DNA from: Candidatus Bathyarchaeota archaeon
Lineage (GTDB): Archaea; Thermoproteota; Bathyarchaeia; TCS64
Direction of reading: 5' to 3'
NCBI GenBank assembly: GCA_963771885.1
Contig: CAVYVF010000002.1
Coordinates: forward strand, 32,001-96,000
DNA length: 64,000 nucleotides
Both the position numbers and the translations under genes were made by a program. The notes under the pieces were generated by a model that was given only the letters and a program-made list of their open reading frames with translations, was not told where the DNA came from and ran no database searches. This document shows, piece after piece, positions 39,949-49,637 of this stretch. Numbering within the stretch: position 1 is the stretch's first letter; each line of letters begins with the position of its first letter.

Positions 39949-40452
39949 ATGGGGGACAAAGCTCTCATACCCTGGCGTGAGGTCGCGAACTGGGGCTGCC
40001 GCGCATGCGGAAACTGCTGCGTCGGCTACAGGGTCCCCCTGAAGATGGACGAGTTCGTAAAGATCGGTAACGCCTGCGGCCAGGAGGTCTTCGAATACGG
40101 CATGGGCAAAGTCTACCTGCGCAACGGCATGAACCGCAGATGCGTGCTCCAGCGCCCACTCATGGACAGGTGGATATGCACCGTACAGGGCATGAAACCC
40201 ACAGCATGCCGCCTATTCCCGTTCCGTATACAACACAAGCCCGTATACCCCCGCGGCGACAACAGCGCATACAGCCTCGGCGACAAGGTCTACTACATCT
40301 ACCTCGACCCCGACTGCGAGGGCATCGTCCCAGGGCAACCCACGGAGAGGTTCGCAATGCAGATACTCCCCGAGATAATCAGGAGCGGCTTCGGCGTCGC
40401 AGGGAAGCAGAGGTTCACAACGTCCAAGTACATCAGCTGGACGCCGCCATGA
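39949..40452 (+). CDS. YkgJ/UPF0153 CxxCxxCC metal-chelating protein
   Basis: CRACGNCC, C..Q..KPTACRLFPF. Confidence 0.87.
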   Translation: MGDKALIPWREVANWGCRACGNCCVGYRVPLKMDEFVKIGNACGQEVFEYGMGKVYLRNGMNRRCVLQRPLMDRWICTVQGMKPTACRLFPFRIQHKPVYPRGDNSAYSLGDKVYYIYLDPDCEGIVPGQPTERFAMQILPEIIRSGFGVAGKQRFTTSKYISWTPP

Positions 40453-40669
40453 CGCCGCCGAAAGCTGATGTTAATAGGAATTAAACCTGTTAATCGAGTT
40501 CCACGAAGCCAGTCCTCGTTTTAGCGGCGCCGACAATTATTCGTCGTCCCATCATGATGGGACATTATTAACTGATGGAGGACAATAATCCAGCGGGATC
40601 GCGGGGAATACTCGAAGAAGTTGTCACACCGGGACAACGCAGCCACTAAATCCGTTAAGATCAATGTAT

Positions 40670-40820
40670 GAATTGCCCAGGTGGGAGCGCCTCAAGGGTC
40701 GGAGCAGCGTTCAAGACCCCCGCGAGACGCAGAACCCAGAGGGACGGGCTGCATAAGGCCCCGGGGGCTTAGGCTCTTGGGAATCCTTCGTCCCCTCGGT
40801 GAGAACACCTGGGCAACTCC
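40670..40820 (+). ncRNA. candidate ~150-nt structured non-coding RNA (three-way junction), family unknown
   Basis: Perfect 11-bp closing helix TTGCCCAGGTG/CACCTGGGCAA enclosing two internal stems; G-U pairs favour the + strand; TATA-like element upstream and TTTT downstream. Confidence 0.55.
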
Positions 40821-40846
40821 ATTTTATCTGGAAAAATTAATTCCGG

Positions 40847-41449
40847 TTATCCGCCACGCATGCCGAAGAGGCCGCCCGGGTTCGCCTGAGCCGCTGTGTT
40901 GACCATCCTCAGCGAGAATAATCCTAAGGCAAGTGAGAGGATAATGGGGATGAGCGCTACGAAGGCAGCCTTTTTTGCTGTTAGGCCGTAATTGAGCATT
41001 ACCGCTACCCCAATGAGGACCAGGCTGATTATCGTGAAGACGTTGAAGTAGTCGACCAGCAACTCGATAAGATTCGTCGTCGTCAGCGGCATGCTGCCTA
41101 GAAGCCAGTAGCTAACGAATCGCAGCATCTGCTGGATGAGCGCCGGGATAGAGGCATACGCCGTGAGAGCGAACATCCTGTTTCTGTCACCCTTACCGCC
41201 GAGTATATGCGCCGCTGCGTGGTAGATGAGCGTCGTTATGACCCAGCCCAAATAGACCCCGAGAACCGCGCCGACCGATGTCGCGGCTCCAATGGTACCG
41301 CCCATGCCCGCGAGCTCCGGTATAACCAGCTTCGACGCCACAACATATGCAGTCGCCGCAGCAAAGGCCGCAGTGAGAGTAACTATCCCAGCGCCTTTCA
41401 TGAGGTCCTTATCTGTGACACCGTCGAGCCACCTTGTTACCGGCGCCAA
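40847..41449 (-). CDS. Yip1-domain membrane protein
   Basis: ~5 TM; YHAAAHILGGKG...AYASIP. Confidence 0.75.
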   Translation of the reverse strand: MAPVTRWLDGVTDKDLMKGAGIVTLTAAFAAATAYVVASKLVIPELAGMGGTIGAATSVGAVLGVYLGWVITTLIYHAAAHILGGKGDRNRMFALTAYASIPALIQQMLRFVSYWLLGSMPLTTTNLIELLVDYFNVFTIISLVLIGVAVMLNYGLTAKKAAFVALIPIILSLALGLFSLRMVNTAAQANPGGLFGMRGG

Positions 41450-41589
41450 TCTGCCCCGTATATTGCTTCTCGGCCAAGGATCTGCACCTCTCTATGCTCC
41501 TTCAGGGCTCGGATATATAGTTGACCTCTACCTAGTCAGCTGGCTCTGCCCCTCCTGCTTATATTTTCTGGGGCGTGGATAGTTACGTT

Positions 41590-42051
41590 ATGGTCGCGTC
41601 TGATGACGTCAGGAGCCACACCGCAATCCACGTACTCAAGGGGGCGGTGGTTCATGTTCTCGGGAGGGGAGCAAAGTGGTCTTCAAGCGCCTACAGCCAG
41701 GACACACACGGCGGGCTCACCGTCCAGTTCGACAGAAAACCGACGGACGAGGAGATGCAGCGGATAGAGGAGGCGGCGAACGCCAAGATAAAGGAGGATG
41801 CCGCTACCGAGATGCACGAGATGGCGAGAAGCGACGCCGAGGCGCGGTGGGGTGACGACATGTATGACCTCTTTCCCCTCCCCGCGGAGCTTGAGATCGT
41901 CAAAGTCTTCCACCTCCCAGGTTGGAACGTCAACACCTGTGGTAAGCAGCACTGCGAGAAGACTGGCGAGGTCGGCGGCATCAAGGTCGCCAAGTGGCGA
42001 TACCGCGCCAACAAGCAGCTCCTAGAGATGAGCTTCGACGTAACAGGTTAA
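41590..42051 (+). CDS. free-standing tRNA editing protein AlaX-S type
   Basis: HTAIHVLKGA and NTCGKQH zinc motifs; IEEAANAKI. Confidence 0.88.
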   Translation: MVASDDVRSHTAIHVLKGAVVHVLGRGAKWSSSAYSQDTHGGLTVQFDRKPTDEEMQRIEEAANAKIKEDAATEMHEMARSDAEARWGDDMYDLFPLPAELEIVKVFHLPGWNVNTCGKQHCEKTGEVGGIKVAKWRYRANKQLLEMSFDVTG

Positions 42052-42089
42052 ATCCGCGACCTGACTAAGCAGTAACCGGTGTAACTGGT

Positions 42090-43091
42090 TTGAAGTTCAG
42101 TAGATACCTCTCGTGCATCGACACCCACTGTAGCGGCGAGTCCACGAGGATCGTCGTCGGCGGGCTGCCGAAGCTCAGGGGAAAGACGATGGCGGAGAAG
42201 CAGAAGTACTTCCAGGACCACTACCACAGCCTCCTCGGGACGCTGATGAAGGAGCCACGCGGCTTCGACGGCATGCTTGGCAGCATCCTCACCGAGTCGA
42301 CGGTCCCCGAGGCGGACGTTGGCGTCATCTACCTCTGGACCGACGGCTACTTCAGCGCCTGCGGCGACTCGACGTACAGCTGCAGCGCTGCCCTCGTCAA
42401 CACGGGGATGGTGGATGTAAAGGAGCCGTACACGGAGATCACATTCGACACAGTCTCCGGCCTCGTCAAGACGAAGGTCGAGGTCAAGGACGGTGTTGCC
42501 AAGAGCATCGCCATGCAGGGCGTCCCTAGCTTCTACTGGAAGACGATGAAGTTCGACGTCCCCAAGGTGGGCGAGGTCGAGGCGGACATCGCATACGGCG
42601 GCCTCTGGTACGCCTTCGTGAACGCGGACAGCATCGGCCTCAAGCCAACACTAGAGAACAAGGGGGAGTGGATACCCCTCGGCTGGAAGATAAGGAACTT
42701 CATAGCCGACCAAATCAAGGTGGACCACCCCGAGTACCCCAACCTCAACATACTTGACCTCGTCACCTTCTACACGAAGCCGAGCAAGAAGGAGTACACG
42801 AGCAGGCACTGGAACGTCTTTGGTCCCAAGCAGACATGCCGTAGCCCAGCGGGCACGTGCACCAACGCCAGGATGGCGGCGCTCTACGGTAAAGGTGAAC
42901 TCAAGCCCGGGCAGGAGGTCAAGTTCGAGTCCACTATCAGCACCGTGATGACGGGGAGGATAGCGAAGGAGGTTAAGGTGGGCAAGTACAAGGCGATAGT
43001 CCCCGACGTCCTCGCCTCAGCCTACATAACCGGCTTCACGCAGGTGGTCATCGACCCCGACGACCCCCTCAAGGGCGGGTTCCTACTCTAA
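42090..43091 (+). CDS. proline racemase family protein with non-canonical active site
   Basis: IDTHCSGESTRIV, EPRG, DIAYGG, C-terminal DPDDPLKGGFLL; SACGD and CRSPAGTCT replace MCGH and DRSPCGTGT. Confidence 0.9.
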   Translation: MKFSRYLSCIDTHCSGESTRIVVGGLPKLRGKTMAEKQKYFQDHYHSLLGTLMKEPRGFDGMLGSILTESTVPEADVGVIYLWTDGYFSACGDSTYSCSAALVNTGMVDVKEPYTEITFDTVSGLVKTKVEVKDGVAKSIAMQGVPSFYWKTMKFDVPKVGEVEADIAYGGLWYAFVNADSIGLKPTLENKGEWIPLGWKIRNFIADQIKVDHPEYPNLNILDLVTFYTKPSKKEYTSRHWNVFGPKQTCRSPAGTCTNARMAALYGKGELKPGQEVKFESTISTVMTGRIAKEVKVGKYKAIVPDVLASAYITGFTQVVIDPDDPLKGGFLL

Positions 43092-43092
43092 G

Positions 43093-43855
43093 CTATTTAT
43101 GGGGCTTGGGAAGTAACTCCTCGAGCCTCGCTTTCTTTAATTCTTCCGCGAAGGCGCACAGCTCGTCGACGTGTGCCTTCAGAATCTCCTCACCATGCGT
43201 AGCTGTGGCTTTCGTTGCCTCGATGGTCTTTCCCGCTGCGCCGAAGACGCCGGTTGTGCTCAGATCGATGGTGTCCCAACCGAAGTCAGCTGGCCCCGCC
43301 TTCTGCGACTTCATCTATGATGCCGGCGATCTCCTCGCTCTGCTTCGTGTCGACGGCCTTCTTCATGTTTACGAGGTCGGGGCGGAGGTGGAGCATGAGG
43401 CTGGTCTCATCCTCGCCGGCGTGGCCATCGAGCTTCGAGGGGTAGGCTGTCACGATTGCGACGAATATTTCGTCATCGCTGCGTAGCTCCTCTGCGATCT
43501 CCTTGAGGCTCGGGGTGTTACCGCCGTGGCCGTTGACGACGAGGAACTTGCGGGAGCCGTGGCTCGCGGCGCTGAGTATCACCGACTTGACGTAGTCGCG
43601 GAAGACGGTGGGGGGCACCCAGAGAGTGCCGGGGAACTGCCTGTGGTGGCTGCTGACGCCGACGGGGATCACAGGGAGGACAGGTAGCTTCGCGCTGTCC
43701 CCGACCATATTGGCGACGGCGTCCGCCGTAATGTGGTCCGTGCCAAGCGGGCAGTGGGGGCCGTGCTGCTCCGTACTCCCCACAGGCAGGACGACCGTGT
43801 CGACCTTCTTGAGCGCCATCTGCGCCTCGACCCACGATAACTCGGCGAGCCTCAT
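43093..43855 (-). CDS. creatininase family protein (one extra base near 43317)
   Basis: PVGSTEQHGPHCPLGTD, VNGHGGN, HAGEDETS; shifted frame gives STTGVFG...KATATHG. Confidence 0.88.
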
Positions 43856-43938
43856 GGATCAGAGCACACGCCCCGGCTTGGCTTAAGTCTGTCCGCTCCA
43901 CCTGCTAACTTTTCAACCCGAGGGCGCGAATAGTTCAC

Positions 43939-44367
43939 GTGTCCTCCGCCGAGCCGGGGCTTGTCGTCGTCTTCGAGGGGAGGCGCACCCGTGTCAGGGT
44001 GTATCGCCGCTTCTTCTACCCCGTGCAGGCGAGGGACGAGGACGTCGAGGTGATCGTCTACTCCGACACGGGGAGGGAGAGGGAGGTCACTTACAGCAGG
44101 GCCGATGACTACGACCTCGACAGCCCTTTCCGCCTCGTCGCCATGATCAGGCTGGCGCGCGCCTTGCGCGTCTTGAAGACGCAGCCGACAACGAACAGCG
44201 TCCAGAACCTCAGCTTCACAATCTGCCGGAGCACCGAGCTTATCGGCCCCGATGCGGAGAAGGACGAGTGGATGCCCTTCGACCCGACGCGCATGAAGCC
44301 GCTCGATGAGCGTATCCGGGACGCGAAGAAGAGGGCGCGCTGGAAGCAGCGGCTTAAGCAGCGTTGA
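43939..44367 (+). CDS. hypothetical protein
   Basis: 142-aa ORF filling the gap between two minus-strand genes; codon usage like its neighbours. Confidence 0.6.
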   Translation: MSSAEPGLVVVFEGRRTRVRVYRRFFYPVQARDEDVEVIVYSDTGREREVTYSRADDYDLDSPFRLVAMIRLARALRVLKTQPTTNSVQNLSFTICRSTELIGPDAEKDEWMPFDPTRMKPLDERIRDAKKRARWKQRLKQR

Positions 44368-45317
44368 GTGCCGCCGCGAGGTCATCGATGAAGGCGTCGA
44401 GCTTGTCCCGCGGCACCTTTGCCCCGCTCGCGCGGGCATGCCCGCCGCCGAAGCCGCCGTATTTCTTCGAGAGTCGCGAGGCGAGGTCGCCAAGGTGCTC
44501 GGGGAGTCGCCTCTCGCCGCGGAGGCTGATGTTCACCATCTCCCCCTGATCCTTCCAGCACATTGCCGACGGCGACGAGGAGCGTATCCATCACTATGTT
44601 TGCGACCTCTCCCGTGGAGGAGGCATCTTCGCACTCCATCACGGCGAGCCTCCCCATCCTCTTGGCCCTACCGAGAACTGTCTCCTTGATCTTGACTATC
44701 TTCTCGAGCTGGGCAACGGACGCCTCGACGACTCCCTTAATCCTGTGGGGGTAAGCGTATTGGCTTAGCTCATCGAGTAGCCGCCTCTTGAATGATTCCG
44801 ACTGGTCTGCACCGAGGGCAGCGCTCAACATCAGAGCCTCGTGCTGCACGAACTTCCTATCCATGCCATCCATGAGGCGGCTAGCGACGGGGCCGTCCTC
44901 GAACATGTCCGAGACGGCGGCGTAGGCGGCAAGGCGCGCCGCGTCCGGCTCCAGCCTTTCCTTAAAGTGGTCGTAGACGAGGGCTGAGGCGCAATCGCGT
45001 GTGTCGTGGACGATCTCGACGCCTAGCGCTTTGAGGGCGTCGGTCAGTCCCTCGTCCATGGGGTGGTGGTCGATGATGGTGACCACGGCGTGCTCCCTGA
45101 TATCCGCTATTAGTGGCAGAAGCGCCTCACGGAGGTTCAGGTCAGTTATGAAAAGCCTGTCCACATTACCCACAACGCCTCTGAGTGCCTCCTCGAGGTC
45201 GTCGTAGTTGGCAGGTATCACCTTTGCCTTGAAGAGCCTGATGAGGAATGCGCCAGATGTGAGGCCGTCGACGTCATCGCCGTGGGTGATGCTAACTATC
45301 GGCAAAGTGTGCTTCAA
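44354..45317 (-). CDS. DHH/DHHA1 phosphoesterase (one extra base near 44564)
   Basis: THGDDVDG, ITDL, IDHH; shifted frame gives ISLRG...GGGHARASG. Confidence 0.88.
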
Positions 45318-45354
45318 AACAAGGCGCCGGTTCTACGTGATAAATACATCCCCG

Positions 45355-46203
45355 CTAGAGTTTTCGGCCTTGCGGGGTGGAGGCAGAGACCTCTTCGAAG
45401 TAGGTTTGAATGTGTATCGTCGCTCCGGTGAGGGCGTTGAGTGCGTTGACCATGTGGAGATCCGAGGCGGGGATATGTTTGGCGAGAAGCGCCACAGCGT
45501 AGGGGCGCTTCGGCTGGTAGACTATACCCGCGTCTAGAGTTGCGCCGCCGACCCAGCCCGACTTGTCCGCAACCTCGACGGCGTCGGGGACAGCGTTCCT
45601 TATCACGCCTTGAACCATGCCCTCCTTGGGTCTCCTAAGCATCTTCAGTGTCTCGCCACAGACGAAGGGCGTGAGCACCTTGCATGTGTGCAGCTCCTCG
45701 AACATGGCGACCATCTCGCGGGGCGTCGTGAAGCTGTCTTTCCCTGCCTTGAACGCCTCCATGTCCATCATCTTGCGGGCAAGGCGCGTCGTCCTGAGCC
45801 CCATCAGTGCGCAGACGTCGTTTATCTTCTCCATGCCGAGGACGTCGATGAGATGGTTAGTCGCGCTGTTGTCGCTGACGTTGATCATTAGGGAAGCGTA
45901 GTCGATCAGCGGCATCGTGACGGCGCCGGGTGTGAGCGTCTTGATGACGCCGCTGCCCCCCGCCTTGTGGGACTCGACATACTTCACGGGAGCCATAGGG
46001 TCGAGGGTCTTTGCCTCGATGCGCCTGTAGAACTCTATGAGTATCGGCACCTTGATAGTGCTCGCGACGGGGAATACCTCGTCGCCGTTGATGAGTATCG
46101 CCTCGCCGGTTGTGAGGTCCTTGACGGCGGCGCCCATCACGCCCTCGTACCGTGCTGACGCCTCCTCGAGTGCCAGGCGGAGCTTTCCGAAGAGCAGAGA
46201 CAT
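45355..46203 (-). CDS. serine hydrolase, class A beta-lactamase-like fold
   Basis: ASTIK (SxxK), SDNSATN, DKSG; no signal peptide. Confidence 0.88.
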   Translation of the reverse strand: MSLLFGKLRLALEEASARYEGVMGAAVKDLTTGEAILINGDEVFPVASTIKVPILIEFYRRIEAKTLDPMAPVKYVESHKAGGSGVIKTLTPGAVTMPLIDYASLMINVSDNSATNHLIDVLGMEKINDVCALMGLRTTRLARKMMDMEAFKAGKDSFTTPREMVAMFEELHTCKVLTPFVCGETLKMLRRPKEGMVQGVIRNAVPDAVEVADKSGWVGGATLDAGIVYQPKRPYAVALLAKHIPASDLHMVNALNALTGATIHIQTYFEEVSASTPQGRKL

Positions 46204-46234
46204 TGCAGAAAAGATAGAAGCAAATACTATTTAA

Positions 46235-47251
46235 TTAATAGCCCTTGCGGGGGTCGCAGACATTCTGCAGAGGCTCCCCCGCCGCGTATCTTCTGAGGTT
46301 CTCGCAGAACTGGGCGACGAGCCTGTCCCCTATCTTTGTACTGGAGTGGCTGTCGTGAGGCACGACGAAGACATTCGGTAGACCCCAAAGTGGGCTGCTG
46401 CTTGGAAGCGGCTCTACATTGAAACAGTCGAGGTAAGCCCCGGCGATCCTGTTCCCCTCGAGTGTCTGGATCATCGCGTCCTCGTCAGCTACAGCGCCAC
46501 GCCCCACGTTAATCAGGTAACTCGTCTCCTTCATCGTCGCGAACTCCTCCTCGCCGAGGAGCCCCTCCGTTTCTGACGTGTGTGGCGCAACGACCACAAC
46601 GAAGTCGGCCTCAGGGAGATGCCTCTTCAGCTCCGTCGCAGGGAAGACCTTGTCGACGTTCTCAACTGGCCCAGGCCTCCTCTTAGTGCCGATGACCCTC
46701 ATATCGAACGCCTTGCAGAGATGCGCGATCCGCTTCCCGAGGTTACCGAGCCCTATGAGGAGTACGGTCGAGCCCTCTAGATCGTTGCAGTAGACCTGCC
46801 TCCAGAGGCGAGCCTTCTGGTCCACCCTCCTCTGGCTGAACCGCTTCGCATGTTCCAGCATAGCGGCGACGGCGCTCTCCGCGATGGGGATCGTGTGTAT
46901 ACCGGGGCTATTCGTGAGCGTGACGCGCCCGTCGATTATCTCGGGTGTGATATTGTCGCTGAAGCCGGTGCTGCAGAGCTGCATCCACTTGAGACTTGGG
47001 GTGAAAAACTTCTCGTAGTCAGACCTATCGAGTTCCCCAGCGTAATGCGTCATGTTTCCGCCCTCGGTTAGGGCGACCTCGATGCCCTCTACGCTCTTCA
47101 TGCCGTGGACGACTGTCTCTGGCAGCTCGACGAGCTCAATTTTCGGTGAGACCGCGAGTATCTGTTTCCTATGTTTATCCTGGAGCCAGTTTCCGTCTGG
47201 ACGGGGGAACTGGTACCCCCTCGGTATACCGCTGACTGCGACTCGGATCAA
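46235..47251 (-). CDS. D-2-hydroxyacid dehydrogenase family protein
   Basis: GLGNLG, INVGRG, LDCF..EPL, VPH. Confidence 0.92.
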   Translation of the reverse strand: MIRVAVSGIPRGYQFPRPDGNWLQDKHRKQILAVSPKIELVELPETVVHGMKSVEGIEVALTEGGNMTHYAGELDRSDYEKFFTPSLKWMQLCSTGFSDNITPEIIDGRVTLTNSPGIHTIPIAESAVAAMLEHAKRFSQRRVDQKARLWRQVYCNDLEGSTVLLIGLGNLGKRIAHLCKAFDMRVIGTKRRPGPVENVDKVFPATELKRHLPEADFVVVVAPHTSETEGLLGEEEFATMKETSYLINVGRGAVADEDAMIQTLEGNRIAGAYLDCFNVEPLPSSSPLWGLPNVFVVPHDSHSSTKIGDRLVAQFCENLRRYAAGEPLQNVCDPRKGY

Positions 47252-47285
47252 TGCACCGAGAATAGGCGGGCACACGGATAAAACA

Positions 47286-47576
47286 CTAGTTAGGCGCCGG
47301 CGCTTGCTTCACCTCAGCGCGCGCCTCCCTGAACCTGACTATCGATTGGAGAACGCTTAGCGTAACAGCGCCGATTGTGAGATAAATGAAGATGCGCAGG
47401 TCGATGGCTATATCCGTCGCCACCTTCCCCTGCTTTAGACTGAAGCTGCTCAGGCCAGGCTTCCAATGTTGCCGACGCCGACGATCAGCAGTGCAAACGC
47501 CAGCGTGAAGACGTTAACAGATACATCGAGTATCAGGTATCAGAATCACGATGCCGAGTGCCCGGGATGTCTTCAT
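47286..47576 (-). pseudogene. degraded small membrane protein gene
   Basis: Hydrophobic segments in shifting frames ending ...LRIFIYLTIGAVTLSVLQSIVRFREARAEVKQAPAPN*. Confidence 0.3.
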
Positions 47577-47625
47577 TAACGCGCCCAAACCTATGTGGAG
47601 ATGGGGAGCGTAAAAGATGGTGGGT

Positions 47626-48720
47626 CTACTTCCTGTAGACCTCGACGGTGTGCTTGAGGTCGCTCTTATCGAGAGCTTTTATTGTCGCAGCGATGAGTTT
47701 GCCCGCATTCGTGAGGTCGCTGAGACTGACGACCTCGTTAGGGCTGTGCATGTAGCGGTTTGGCAGACTGACTAACCCCGTGATCGTGCCGCCGCGAGTG
47801 ACCTGTATAGCCCACGCATCCGTGCCGCTTGCGGAGGGAACGCCTTGTCGTTGTACGGGTATCTTAGCCTTTTTCGCCTCCTTCTCCATCATCTCCCAGA
47901 GAGCTCGTGTGAAGTTGGCGCCCACCCCTACAACGGGGCCTTTCCCGATCTGTACATCACTGACCCTGTTAGCGTCAACACCTGGTGCTACTGCGTGAGT
48001 TACATCCGCTGCGATGGCAGCCCAGGGCTGAATGTTGTAGGCGCAGACCTGCGCGCCTCTCATACCGATCTCCTCCTGGGTAGTCGCGACGGCGTAGACT
48101 TTGAGCTTCTTTGGCGGGTCCTTGGCGAGTATGTCGAGTGCCTCGATGAAGGCTGCGACTGCGCAGACGTCGTCGAAGGCGGGGCCGATTACAAGATCTG
48201 AGCCCTCCTTTCCAAGGTACTCGACCTCGGCTAAGGGTGTGCATGGGCAGCCTATTTTGACCCCCATCTTGGCCGCGGCCTCGGCCGATGAGGCGCCGAA
48301 GTCAATTCTCATATCCTTGAGTGGGATAGCCTTCTCCCTCTCGCTCAGCTCTGTGAGGTGGGCCGCCTTCGTACCGATTATGCCGACGATGTAGTCGCTT
48401 GGCTCGTCTCCTATCCATATCTTGACCCTTGTCCCGTAGGCGACGCGTGGGTCCCAGCCACCGACCTGGTCGAAGCTTGCGTAGCCCTTCTCGTCCACGT
48501 ATTTGACGAGGAAGCCGATTTGGTCGTAGTGCCCAGCGAGCATCACGGCCTTCTCCCCTTTACCTATCGTCCCGATGACGTTGCCGATCACGTCGACGGT
48601 GACGGAGTCGCAATACTTGGAGTATGCCTCTATGATCTTCTTTCGGCGTGGCTCCTCGAACCCCGTCACGGCGGGGGCGCTCATGAGTTCCTTCAGGACC
48701 TTGTGCATGTCAACGGGCAT
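47626..48720 (-). CDS. M42 (TET-like) aminopeptidase, copy 1
   Basis: AGHYDQIG, FDD, QEEIG.RGA, ADVT, GTDA, RYMHSP.E. Confidence 0.92.
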   Translation of the reverse strand: MPVDMHKVLKELMSAPAVTGFEEPRRKKIIEAYSKYCDSVTVDVIGNVIGTIGKGEKAVMLAGHYDQIGFLVKYVDEKGYASFDQVGGWDPRVAYGTRVKIWIGDEPSDYIVGIIGTKAAHLTELSEREKAIPLKDMRIDFGASSAEAAAKMGVKIGCPCTPLAEVEYLGKEGSDLVIGPAFDDVCAVAAFIEALDILAKDPPKKLKVYAVATTQEEIGMRGAQVCAYNIQPWAAIAADVTHAVAPGVDANRVSDVQIGKGPVVGVGANFTRALWEMMEKEAKKAKIPVQRQGVPSASGTDAWAIQVTRGGTITGLVSLPNRYMHSPNEVVSLSDLTNAGKLIAATIKALDKSDLKHTVEVYRK

Positions 48721-48808
48721 TACTATTCACGGCTAATGTTGGGTTCCGTTGGGCGTTTAAGGTTTGGCGGGTCTCAACTGTTTTAAGAGGACGAGGCAAT
48801 GAGAAGCC

Positions 48809-49573
48809 ATGACAATCAGGGAGCCGCGTAGAGCACTCGTTAGGGACATTGGGGACAAGTATAAGAGCTGCCTTTCGACCCACCCACTGCACGCGACCCT
48901 CGACCTCGCGCTGGCGAGGAAGCAGCACGCTGCATACTGCAAGGCAATCGCTGAGCTCGGACTAGAAATAATCAGGGTTCCACGGGATGATGAGCACCCA
49001 GACTCCGTCTTCGTCGAGGACAACGTTGTCGCTTTCGGAGGTAAGGCGCTCATCTGCAGGATGGCAAAGACGAGCCGCCGCGGCGAGGAGACCGGCGTCG
49101 AGGCCGTCCTCAAGCAGTACCTTTCCGTGAAGAGGGCTACGAGCCCCGCAACAGTCGAGGGTGGTGACGTCGTCCACCTCCCCGACAGGCTCATCAGTGG
49201 TATAAGCCAGCGCACGAACCCGGAAGGCGTAGCGCAGATGCAGGAGTGGCTCGGCGTCCCCGTCGCCACAGTCTTCGACCCCGGCATAATGCACCTTAAG
49301 AGCTATGTCACATACCTCGGAAAGAACCTCATGATAGCTACAGAGAGATATGCGTCCCACCCCGCACTGGAGGGCTTCCAGATTATAGTTCCGCCCAGTA
49401 AAGACGAATACGCCGCGGACACCCTCACCATTGGCGACACCGTCCTCATGGCTGAGGGGTACCCCGAGGCTCAAATCCTGGTCGAGGAAGCCGGTTTCGA
49501 AGTAGTCACGTTGAACGTCTCGGAAATACAGAAGTGCGATGGCGCCCTTACATGCATGAGCGTTCTATTCTAG
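48809..49573 (+). CDS. dimethylarginine dimethylaminohydrolase (amidinotransferase superfamily)
   Basis: PDSVFVED, RRGE, EGGDV, MHLKS, DGALTCMS. Confidence 0.9.
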   Translation: MTIREPRRALVRDIGDKYKSCLSTHPLHATLDLALARKQHAAYCKAIAELGLEIIRVPRDDEHPDSVFVEDNVVAFGGKALICRMAKTSRRGEETGVEAVLKQYLSVKRATSPATVEGGDVVHLPDRLISGISQRTNPEGVAQMQEWLGVPVATVFDPGIMHLKSYVTYLGKNLMIATERYASHPALEGFQIIVPPSKDEYAADTLTIGDTVLMAEGYPEAQILVEEAGFEVVTLNVSEIQKCDGALTCMSVLF

Positions 49574-49637
49574 GCACAACTCTTTTCACTTCGAATCAGG
49601 CACTTTTCACCGCGTACTGTTAGATAGGGGTCGTTGA

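Noticed and set aside
40670..40820. 5S rRNA, SRP RNA or riboswitch identity for the structured element
   Set aside because: Conserved loop sequences of these families are absent, and there is no downstream co-oriented gene for a riboswitch to control
40681..40902. 73-aa GTG-start ORF over the structured element
   Set aside because: No recognisable motif, overlaps the Yip1 gene end, and base-pairing explains the sequence better
45355..46203. Antibiotic-resistance beta-lactamase
   Set aside because: SxxK/SDN/KSG fold only; no signal peptide and no clear class A omega-loop ExxLN motif, so more likely a generic serine hydrolase
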